64,000 nt of DNA, taken from assembly GCF_009914755.1 (NCBI RefSeq), contig NC_060946.1, one strand, 5' to 3'. The stretch's first letter is position 1. Every line of letters begins with the position of its first letter. Shown here one piece after another: positions 1 to 11,814 of this stretch. The notes under the pieces are model-generated. The model was not told where the DNA came from and searched no databases. It saw only the letters and a program-made list of their open reading frames with translations. The translations under genes and the position numbers were made by a program. The stretch is from the human T2T-CHM13v2.0 reference genome, Homo sapiens.

Positions 1-1281
1 TTTATATATATTATAATTTATATAAAGATATAATTATTTATGTAATATAAATAATTATATATAATTATATAATGAGGTATAATATAAATAATAATATATA
101 CGATTACATATTTATGTAGTTATCTGTATAAAAACATAATTATATATATAATTATATATATCATATAATAGACAACATACATATTATATAATGTATAATA
201 TATATTATACAATATATGATACATATATGATATGTAATATATCATAATAGAATATATATTTTAATATTATGTATGTAACTTATATTATGTGATATATAAT
301 ATATATTATGTAATATAAAATAATATAATATAATATATATTATATTATGATATATTATGTAAATTAAGTAATAAAATTACATATAACATAATATATAGTT
401 ATGTATAATATAACGTATAATTATATACGTTATATTTTATATGTACATATAATATTATACAGTTATATATAATTTTGAATAGTTACATATAATGTAATAT
501 AAAACATATATAATGTATATCATAAAATATATATTTTATACCATATATAATATGTATCATCTATTGTGTGTTATATGTCATATATTGTATATCATATATC
601 GTATGTTATATGTTATATATATCACATTCCACATATTGTGTATTATAAATTATATATAATATATGACATACATTACATTATATTTGATAAATTATACATT
701 ATATGTAACATAGTATATATTATATGTAACATGTATATTCTATGGAAAATATATAATATATAACATATATTACATATAATTAATGACATAGACATATAAT
801 ATATATTTAATATATGTATTATACATACAACATATTGTATATAATATATAACATATATTACATAAAAGTCATAAAATATATTATATATTGTATGTCATAT
901 TTTACATTTACAGTTATATATTATTATATGTTATTTTATCTCATATATAACATAGAAACAATATATATTATATATAATGTATATTATATATAACATAGAT
1001 ATAATAGATATAATATATGTAAGGTATATTATATATTTAATACGTATATTAACCATATAATATATTCTATATATGAAATATAATATATCTTATATATGTC
1101 ATAAAATATAACGTATATTATGTGTCATATTGTATAAATATAATGCTTATCTATTATCAATTATTATATGACATATAATATATATAATATAAGACGCAGG
1201 ATGTAAAACAATATTATATATATGTTATATGTATTATATATACGATACTATATATTATTATATACATAATGTATATTTATA
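1..1281. repeat. AT-rich degenerate simple repeat (partial, unit 1)
   Basis: Almost pure A/T with ATATA/TATAT/ATAAT motifs, ending at TTTGTGGGTGCC (1282). Confidence 0.9.
407..436. repeat. Perfect inverted repeat, 13-bp arms and 4-nt loop (one per unit except subtype D)
   Basis: AATATAACGTATA-ATTA-TATACGTTATATT. Confidence 0.85.
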
Positions 1282-1849
1282 TTTGTGGGTGCCCTATTCC
1301 CCATCTGATAACTTGTTGTAAGAAGCGCAGCGTAATAATGTGTGGGCTTGGGATTCTGTTTTTGAAACAAAACACTGAGCCTTCAATGACCTTTCGGTCT
1401 CTGTAAAAGCACTCCTGTCTTCCTGGCAGCTGTTGGACCTCACAATGTGGATTGTGCCCTCACCCTGCAATGTTGATGCCCTATCGCCATGGTGACGGGA
1501 TTAGGGATCTCCTGCTCTTGGTCCTAAGGGCCACTGTGTGTGCTGTGTTTTCCAAAGGTCAGAACAGATTGAACCTTTGTGGTTTTATTTTCCCTGAGTT
1601 TGATTTTCCTCATGGGGAACCTGTGTTGCTGCTTTGAACGTATATTCATACTGGCCTTTCAAATGCCAACTCTTCATATTACTAGTTAATGCTTTCAAAA
1701 TATGTTATTTAAAAAATTATCCTCAGTATTGTCCATATGCAGTTATAAATACGTTTCATGGTTATGTTTTATTCCTCAGTTTACATATTTGATTATTGTA
1801 CCAAGCAGAGTACCTTTGAAATGTTTTTCCATTTAAAAAATATGAATCT
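1282..1849. repeat. HSATI-type satellite segment, U1
   Basis: ~570-bp mixed-composition segment TTTGTGGGTGCCCTATTCCCC...AAAAAATATGAATCT between the AT-rich block and the Alu. Position and size fit the HSATI component of DYZ2. Boundaries are approximate. Confidence 0.8.
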
Positions 1850-2138
1850 TGGCTCAGGCCTGTAACCCCAGCAAATTTGGAGGCCAAGGCAAGGGGATCA
1901 CAAGGTCAAGAGATCAAGACCATCCTGGCCAATACAGTGAAAGGCTGTCACTACTAAAAATCCAAAAAACTAGCTAGGCATGGTGGCAGCTGGTGTAGTC
2001 CCAGTGTGGTGTAGTCCCAGCTACCTGGGAGGCTGAGGGAGGACGATCGCTTGAAGCCGTGAGGCAGATGTTGCAGTGAGCAAAGATGGCGCCATTGTAC
2101 TTCACCCTGTGAAACACAAGACTCTGTCTGAAAAAAAA
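1850..2138 (+). mobile_element. 5'-truncated diverged Alu (AluSc/Y-like), U1
   Basis: TGGCTCAGGCCTGTAACCCCAGC...GGATCACAAGGTCAAGAGATCAAGACCATCCTGGCCAA...CTACTAAAAATCCAAAAAA...GGGAGGCTGAGG...TTGCAGTGAGC...ACTCTGTCTG-A8. Both arms and the A-rich linker are present; about 12 nt are missing at the 5' end. Confidence 0.95.
1991..2020 (+). repeat. Internal tandem duplication in the Alu right arm (16-bp period), present in every unit
   Basis: TGGTGTAGTCCCAG at 1991-2004 and 2007-2020, separated by TG. The Alu consensus has one TGTAGTCCCAG. Confidence 0.9.
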
Positions 2139-3700
2139 TTATATATGGTATATACTATATGTTATGGAATATGCTTTATATGTAATATATAACCTCATAT
2201 ATATTATATGTCATAATACATAATATTTATCCTATGTCATCTTATATATATTATGTATATTACATAACGTATATAATATATAATACATATTATGCATCTT
2301 AAATATGAAAATATATAATTATTGATAACATCACATATAGTTATATATAATATGATATATAACGTATATACTATATCATATGTGATATATAATATATATA
2401 TTTTTATTACATATTATAATTTATATATATTATAATTTATATAAAGATATAATTATTTATGTAATATAAATAATTATATATAATTATATAATGAGGTATA
2501 ATATAAATAATAATATATACGATTACATATTTATGTAGTTATCTGTATAAAAACATAATTATATATATAATTATATATATCATATAATAGACAACATACA
2601 TATTATATAATGTATAATATATATTATACAATATATGATACATATATGATATGTAATATATCATAATAGAATATATATTTTAATATTATGTATGTAACTT
2701 ATATTATGTGATATATAATATATATTATGTAATATAAAATAATATAATATAATATATATTATATTATGATATATTATGTAAAGTAAGTAATAAAATTACA
2801 TATAACATAATATATAGTTATGTATAATATAACGTATAATTATATACGTTATATTTTATATGTACATACAATATTATACAGTTATATATAATTTTGAATA
2901 GTTACATATAATGTAATATAAAACATATATAATGTATATCATAAAATATATATTTTATACCATATATAATATGTATCATCTATTGTGTGTTATATGTCAT
3001 ATATTGTATATCATATATCGTATGTTATATGTTATATATATCACATTCCACATATTGTGTATTATAAATTATATATAATATATGACATACATTACATTAT
3101 ATTTGATAAATTATACATTATATGTAACATAGTACATATTATATGTAACATGTATATTCTATGGAAAATATATAATATATAACATATATTACATATAATT
3201 AATGACATAGACATATAATATATATTTAATATATGTATTATACATACAACATATTGTATATAATATATAACATATATTACATAAAAGTCATAAAATATAT
3301 TATATATTGTATGTCATATTTTACATTTACAGTTATATATTATTATATGTTATTTTATCTCATATATAACATAGAAACAATATATATTATATATAATGTA
3401 TATTATATATAACATAGATATAATAGATATAATATATGTAAGGTATATTATATATTTAATACGTATATTAACCATATAATATATTCTATATATGAAATAT
3501 AATATATCTTATATATGTCATAAAATATAACGTATATTATGTGTCATATTGTATAAATATAATGCTTATCTATTATCAATTATTATATGACATATAATAT
3601 ATATATTATAAGACGCAAGATGTAAAACAATATTATATATATGTTATATGTATCATATATACGATACTATATATGATTATATACATAATGTATATTTATA
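2139..3700. repeat. AT-rich degenerate simple repeat, representative full copy (~1.56 kb); one copy lies between every Alu tail and the next HSATI segment
   Basis: Starts directly after the Alu A8 tail and ends at the next TTTGTGGGTG (3701). The same sequence is present in every unit. Confidence 0.9.
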
Positions 3701-4268
3701 TTTGTGGGTGCCCTATTCCCCATCTGATAACTTGTTGTAAGAAGCGCAGCGTAATAATATGTGTGCTTGGGATTCTGTTTTTGAAACAAAACACTGAGCC
3801 TTCAATGACCTTTCGGTCTCTGTAAAAGCACTCCTGTCTTCCTGGCAGCTGTTGGACCTCACAATGTGGATTGTGCCCTCACCCTGCAATGTTGATGCCC
3901 TATCGCCATGGTGACGGGATTAGGGATCTCCTGCTCTTGGTCCTAAGGGCCACTGTCTGTGCTGTGTTTTCCAAAGGTCAGAACAGATTGAACCTTTGTG
4001 GTTTTATTTTCCCTGAGTTTGATTTTTCTCATGGGGAACCTGTGTTGCTGCTTTGAACGTATATTCATACTGGCCTTTCAAATGCCAACTCTTCATATTA
4101 CTAGTTAATGCTTTCAAAATATGTTATTTAAAAAATGATCCTCAGTATTGTCCACATGCAGTTATAAATACGTTTCATGGTTATGTTTTATTCCTCAGTT
4201 TACATATTTGATTATTGTACCAAGCAGAGTACCTTTGAAATGTTTTTCCATTTAAAAAATATGAATCT
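3701..4268. repeat. HSATI-type segment, U2
   Basis: Copy of 1282-1849. Confidence 0.8.
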
Positions 4269-4560
4269 TGGCTCAGGCCTGTAACCCCAGCAAATTTGGA
4301 GGCCAAGGCAAGGGGATCACAAGGTGAAGAGATCAAGACCATCCTGGCCAATACAGTGAAACGCTGTCACTACTAAAAATCCAAAAAATTAGCTAGGCAT
4401 GGTGGCAGCTGGTGTAGTCCCAGTGTGGTGTAGTCCCAGCTACCTGGGAGGCTGAGGGAGGACGATCGCTTGAAGCCGTGAGGCAGATGTTGCAGTGAGC
4501 AAAGATGGCGCCATTGTACTTCACCCTGTGCAACAGGACAAGTCTCTGTCTGAAAAAAAA
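4269..4560 (+). mobile_element. Alu, U2 (subtype B)
   Basis: Copy of the U1 Alu with 3' allele GTGCAACAGGACAAGTCTCT. Confidence 0.93.
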
Positions 4561-6118
4561 TTATATATGGTATATACTATATGTTATGGAATATGCTTTA
4601 TATGTAATATATAACCTCATATATATTATATGTCATAATACATAATATTTATCCTATGTCATCTTATATATTATGTATATTACATAACGTATATAATATA
4701 TAATACAGATTATGCATCTTAAATATGAAAATATATAATTATTGATAACATAACATATAGTTATATATAATATGATATATAACGTATATACTATATCATA
4801 TGTGATATATAATATATATATTTTTATTACATATTATAATTTATATATATTATAATTTATATAAAGATATAATTATTTATGTAATATAAATAATTATATA
4901 TAATTATATAATGAGGTATAATATAAATAATAATATATACGATTACATATTTATGTAGTTATCTGTATAAAAACATAATTATATATATAATTATATATAT
5001 CATATATTAGACAACATACATATTATATAATGTATAATATATATTATACAATATATGATACATATATGATATTTAATATATCATAATAGAATATATATTT
5101 TAATATTATGTATGTAACATATATTATGTGATATATAATATATATAATGTAATATAAAATAATATAATATAAAATATATTATATTATGATATATTATGTA
5201 AAGTAAGTAATAAAATTACATATAACATAATATATAGTTATGTATAATATAACGTATAATTATATACGTTATATTTTATATGTACATATAATATTATACA
5301 GTTATATATAATTTTGAATAGTTACATATAATGTAATATAAAACATATATAATATATATCATAAAATATATATTTTATACCATATATAATATGTATCATA
5401 TATTGTGTGTTATATGTCATATATTGTATATCATATATCGTATGTTATATGTTATATATATCACATTCCACATATTGTGTATTATAAATTATATATAATA
5501 TATGACATACATTACATTATATTTGATAAATTATACATTATATGTAACATAGTATATATTATATGTAACATGTATATTCTACGGAAAATATATAATATAT
5601 AACATATATTACATATAATTAATGACATAGACATATAATATATATTTAATATATGTATTATACATACAACATATTGTATATAATATATAACATATATTAC
5701 ATAAAAGTCATAAAATATAATATATAGTATGTCATATTTTACATTTACAGTTATATATTATTATATGTTATTTTATCTCATATATAACATAGAAACAATA
5801 TATATTATATATAATGTATATTATATATAACATAGATATAATAGATATAATATATGTAAGTTATATTATATATTTAATACGTATATTAACCATATAATAT
5901 ATTCTATATATGAAATATAATATATCTTACATGTGTCATAAAATATAACGTATATTATGTGTCATATTGTATAAATATAATGCTTATCTATTATCAATTA
6001 TTATATGACATATAATATATATATTATAAGACGCAAGATGTAAAACAATATTATATATATGTTATATGTATCATATATACGATACTATATATGATTATAT
6101 ACATAATGTATATTTATA

Positions 6119-6686
6119 TTTGTGGGTGCCCTATTCCCCATCTGATAACTTGTTGTAAGAAGCGCAGCGTAATAATGTGTGTGCTTGGGATTCTGTTTTT
6201 GAAACAAAACACTGAGCCTTCAATGCCCTTTCGGTCTCTGTAAAAGCACTCCTGTCTTCCTGGCAGCTGTTGGACCTCACAATGTTTATTGTGCCCTCAC
6301 CCTGCAATGTTGATGCCCTATCGCCATGGTGACGGGATTAGGGATCTCCTGCTCTTGGTCCTAAGGGCCACTGTCTGTGCTGTGTTTTCCAAAGGTCAGA
6401 ACAGATTGAACCTTTGTGGTTTTATTTTCCCTGAGTTTGATTTTTCTCATGGGGAACCTGTGTTGCTGCTTTGAACGTATATTCATACTGGCCTTTCAAA
6501 TGCCAACTCTTCATATTACTAGTTAATGCTTTCAAAATATGTTATTTAAAAAATGATCCTCAGTATTGTCCACATGCAGTTATAAATACGTTTCATGGTT
6601 ATGTTTTATTCCTCAGTTTACATATTTGATTATTGTACCAAGCAGAGTACCTTTGAAATGTTTTTCCATTTAAAAAATATGAATCT
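6119..6686. repeat. HSATI-type segment, U3
   Basis: Copy of 1282-1849. Confidence 0.8.
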
Positions 6687-6978
6687 TGGCTCAGGCCTGT
6701 AACCCCAGCAAATTTGGAGGCCAAGGCAAGGGGATCACAAGGTGAAGAGATCAAGACCATCCTGGCCAATACAGTGAAACGCTGTCACTACTAAAAATCC
6801 AAAAAATTAGCTAGGCATGGTGGCAGCTGGTGTAGTCCCAGTGTGGTGTATTCCCAGCTACCTGGGAGGCTGAGGGAGGACGATCGCTTGAAGCCGTGAG
6901 GCAGATGTTGCAGTGAGCAAAGATGGCGCCATTGTACTTCACCCTGTGCAACAGGACAAGTCTCTGTCTGAAAAAAAA
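6687..6978 (+). mobile_element. Alu, U3 (subtype B)
   Basis: Copy of the unit Alu, B alleles. Confidence 0.93.
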
Positions 6979-8536
6979 TTATATATGGTATATACTATAT
7001 GTTATGGAATATGCTTTATATGTAATATATAACCTCATATATATTATATGTCATAATACATAATATTTATCCTATGTCATCTTATATATTATGTATATTA
7101 CATAACGTATATAATATATAATACAGATTATGCATCTTAAATATGAAAATATATAATTATTGATAACATAACATATAGTTATATATAATATGATATATAA
7201 CGTATATACTATATCATATGTGATATATAATATATATATTTTTATTACATATTATAATTTATATATATTATAATTTATATAAAGATATAATTATTTATGT
7301 AATATAAATAATTATATATAATTATATAATGAGGTATAATATAAATAATAATATATACGATTACATATTTATGTAGTTATCTGTATAAAAACATAATTAT
7401 ATATATAATTATATATATCATATATTAGACAACATACATATTATATAATGTATAATATATATTATACAATATATGATACATATATGATATGTAATATATC
7501 ATAATAGAATATATATTTTAATATTATGTATGTAACATATATTATGTGATATATAATATATATAATGTAATATAAAATAATATAATATAAAATATATTAT
7601 ATTATTATATATTATGTAAATTAAGTAATAAAATTACATATAACATAATATATAGTTATGTATAATATAACGTATAATTATATACGTTATATTTTATATG
7701 TACATATAATATTATACAGTTATATATAATTTTGAATAGTTACATATAATGTAATATAAAACATATATAATATATATCATAAAATATATATTTTATACCA
7801 TATATAATATGTATCATATATTGTGTGTTATATGTCATATATTGTATATCATATATCGTATGTTATATGTTATATATATCACATTCCACATATTGTGTAT
7901 TATAAATTATATATAATATATGACATACATTACATTATATTTGATAAATTATACATTATATGTAACATAGTATATATTATATGTAACATGTATATTCTAC
8001 GGAAAATATATAATATATAACATATATTACATATAATTAATGACATAGACATATAATATATATTTAATATATGTATTATACATACAACATATTGTATATA
8101 ATATATAACATATATTACATAAAAGTCATAAAATATAATATATAGTATGTCATATTTTACATTTACAGTTATATATTATTATATGTTATTTTATCTCATA
8201 TATAACATAGAAACAATATATATTATATATAATGTATATTATATATAACATAGATATAATAGATATAATATATGTAAGTTATATTATATATTTAATACGT
8301 ATATTAACCATATAATATATTCTATATATGAAATATAATATATCTTACATGTGTCATAAAATATAACGTATATTATGTGTCATATTGTATAAATATAATG
8401 CTTATCTATTATCAATTATTATATGACATATAATATATATATTATAAGACGCAAGATGTAAAACAATATTATATATATGTTATATGTATCATATATACGA
8501 TACTATATATGATTATATACATAATGTATATTTATA

Positions 8537-9104
8537 TTTGTGGGTGCCCTATTCCCCATCTGATAACTTGTTGTAAGAAGCGCAGCGTAATAATGTGTGT
8601 GCTTGGGATTCTGTTTTTGAAACAAAACACTGAGCCTTCAATGCCCTTTCGGTCTCTGTAAAAGCACTCCTGTCTTCCTGGCAGCTGTTGGACCTCACAA
8701 TGTGGATTGTGCCCTCACCCTGCAATGTTGATGCCCTATCGCCATGGTGACGGGATTAGGGATCTCCTGCTCTTGGTCCTAAGGGCCACTGTCTGTGCTG
8801 TGTTTTCCAAAGGTCAGAACAGATTGAACCTTTGTGGTTTTATTTTCCCTGAGTTTGATTTTTCTCATGGGGAACCTGTGTTGCTGCTTTGAACGTATAT
8901 TCATACTGGCCTTTCAAATGCCAACTCTTCATATTACTAGTTAATGCTTTCAAAATATGTTATTTAAAAAATGATCCTCAGTATTGTCCATATGCAGTTA
9001 TAAATACGTTTCATGGTTATGTTTTATTCCTCAGTTTACATATTTGATTATTGTACCAAGCAGAGTACCTTTGAAATGTTTTTCCATTTAAAAAATATGA
9101 ATCT
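8537..9104. repeat. HSATI-type segment, U4
   Basis: Copy of 1282-1849. Confidence 0.8.
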
Positions 9105-9396
9105 TGGCTCAGGCCTGTAACCCCAGCAAATTTGGAGGCCAAGGCAAGGGGATCACAAGGTGAAGAGATCAAGACCATCCTGGCCAATACAGTGAAACGC
9201 TGTCACTACTAAAAATCCAAAAAATTAGCTAGGCATGGTGGCAGCTGGTGTAGTCCCAGTGTGGTGTATTCCCAGCTACCTGGGAGGCTGAGGGAGGACG
9301 ATCGCTTCAACCCGTGAGGCAGATGTTGCAGTGAGCAAAGATGGCGCCATTGTACTTCACCCTGTGCAACAGGACAAGTCTCTGTCTGAAAAAAAA
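9105..9396 (+). mobile_element. Alu, U4 (subtype B)
   Basis: Copy of the unit Alu, B alleles. Confidence 0.93.
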
Positions 9397-10954
9397 TTAT
9401 ATATGGTATATACTATATGTTATGGAATATGCTTTATATGTAATATATAACCTCATATATATTATATGTCATAATACATAATATTTATCCTATGTCATCT
9501 TATATATTATGTATATTACATAACGTATATAATATATAATACAGATTATGCATCTTAAATATGAAAATATATAATTATTGATAACATAACATATAGTTAT
9601 ATATAATATGATATATAACGTATATACTATATCATATGTGATATATAATATATATATTTTTATTACATATTATAATTTATATATATTATAATTTATATAA
9701 AGATATAATTATTTATGTAATATAAATAATTATATATAATTATATAATGAGGTATAATATAAATAATAATATATACGATTACATATTTATGTAGTTATCT
9801 GTATAAAAACATAATTATATATATAATTATATATATCATATATTAGACAACATACATATTATATAATGTATAATATATATTATACAATATATGATACATA
9901 TATGATATGTAATATATCATAATAGAATATATATTTTAATATTATGTATGTAACATATATTATGTGATATATAATATATATAATGTAATATAAAATAATA
10001 TAATATAATATATATTATATTATGATATATTATGTAAAGTAAGTAATAAAATTACATATAACATAATATATAGTTATGTATAATATAACGTATAATTATA
10101 TACGTTATATTTTATATGTACATATAATATTATACAGTTATATAAAATTTTGAATAGTTACATATAATGTAATATAAAACATATATAATATATATCATAA
10201 AATATATATTTTATACCATATATAATATGTATCATATATTGTGTGTTATATGTCATATATTGTATATCATATATCGTATGTTATATGTTATATATATCAC
10301 ATTCCACATATTGTGTATTATAAATTATATATAATATATGACATACATTACATTATATTTGATAAATTATACATTATATGTAACATAGTATATATTATAT
10401 GTAACATGTATATTCTACGGAAAATATATAATATATAACATATATTACATATAATTAATGACATAGACATATAATATATATTTAATATATGTATTATACA
10501 TACAACATATTGTATATAATATATAACATATATTACATAAAAGTCATAAAATATAATATATAGTATGTCATATTTTACATTTACAGTTATATATTATTAT
10601 ATGTTATTTTATCTCATATATAACATAGAAACAATATATATTATATATAATGTATATTATATATAACATAGATATAATAGATATAATATATGTAAGTTAT
10701 ATTATATATTTAATACGTATATTAACCATATAATATATTCTATATATGAAATATAATATATCTTACATGTGTCATAAAATATAACGTATATTATGTGTCA
10801 TATTGTATAAATATAATGCTTATCTATTATCAATTATTATATGACATATAATATATATATTATAAGACGCAAGATGTAAAACAATATTATATATATGTTA
10901 TATGTATCATATATACGATACTATATATGATTATATACATAATGTATATTTATA

Positions 10955-11522
10955 TTTGTGGGTGCCCTATTCCCCATCTGATAACTTGTTGTAAGAAGCG
11001 CAGCGTAATAATGTGTGTGCTTGGGATTCTGTTTTTGAAACAAAACACTGAGCCTTCAATGCCCTTTCGGTCTCTGTAAAAGCACTCCTGTCTTCCTGGC
11101 AGCTGTTGGACCTCACAATGTGGATTGTGCCCTCACCCTGCAATGTTGATGCCCTATCGCCATGGTGACGGGATTAGGGATCTCCTGCTCTTGGTCCTAA
11201 GGGCCACTGTCTGTGCTGTGTTTTCCAAAGGTCAGAACAGATTGAACCTTTGTGGTTTTATTTTCCCTGAGTTTGATTTTTCTCATGGGGAACCTGTGTT
11301 GCTGCTTTGAACGTATATTCATACTGGCCTTTCAAATGCCAACTCTTCATATTACTAGTTAATGCTTTCAAAATATGTTATTTAAAAAATGATCCTCAGT
11401 ATTGTCCACATGCAGTTATAAATACGTTTCATGGTTATGTTTTATTCCTCAGTTTACATATTTGATTATTGTACCAAGCAGAGTACCTTTGAAATGTTTT
11501 TCCATTTAAAAAATATGAATCT
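10955..11522. repeat. HSATI-type segment, U5
   Basis: Copy of 1282-1849. Confidence 0.8.
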
Positions 11523-11814
11523 TGGCTCAGGCCTGTAACCCCAGCAAATTTGGAGGCCAAGGCAAGGGGATCACAAGGTGAAGAGATCAAGACCATCCTG
11601 GCCAATACAGTGAAACGCTGTCACTACTAAAAATCCAAAAAATTAGCTAGGCATGGTGGCAGCTGGTGTAGTCCCAGTGTGGTGTATTCCCAGCTACCTG
11701 GGAGGCTGAGGGAGGACGATCGCTTGAAGCCGTGAGGCAGATGTTGCAGTGAGCAAAGATGGCGCCATTGTACTTCACCCTGTGCAACAGGACAAGTCTC
11801 TGTCTGAAAAAAAA
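11523..11814 (+). mobile_element. Alu, U5 (subtype B)
   Basis: Copy of the unit Alu, B alleles. Confidence 0.93.

Noticed and set aside
566-763. 65-aa ORF (MCYMSYIVYH...) repeated in all 27 AT-rich blocks
   Set aside because: The Y/I-rich composition is just the translation of TA-rich simple sequence. It has a non-ATG start in the track and no domain. Conservation reflects repeat homogenisation.
1-1281. TATA boxes, poly(A) signals or matrix-attachment motifs in the AT-rich block
   Set aside because: Expected by chance at this composition, and there is no associated gene or independent support.
1452-1637. 61-aa ORF (MCPHPAMLMP...) in every HSATI segment
   Set aside because: Short, TTG start, no recognisable family. 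Variants among copies include several amino-acid changes (P/S, Q/H, A/V, M/I), with no sign of coding constraint.
1850-2138. 7SL RNA gene or independently inserted, active Alus
   Set aside because: It is a dimeric Alu without the 7SL S domain, heavily diverged and with a short tail. Identical truncation and flanks in all copies show passive tandem amplification.
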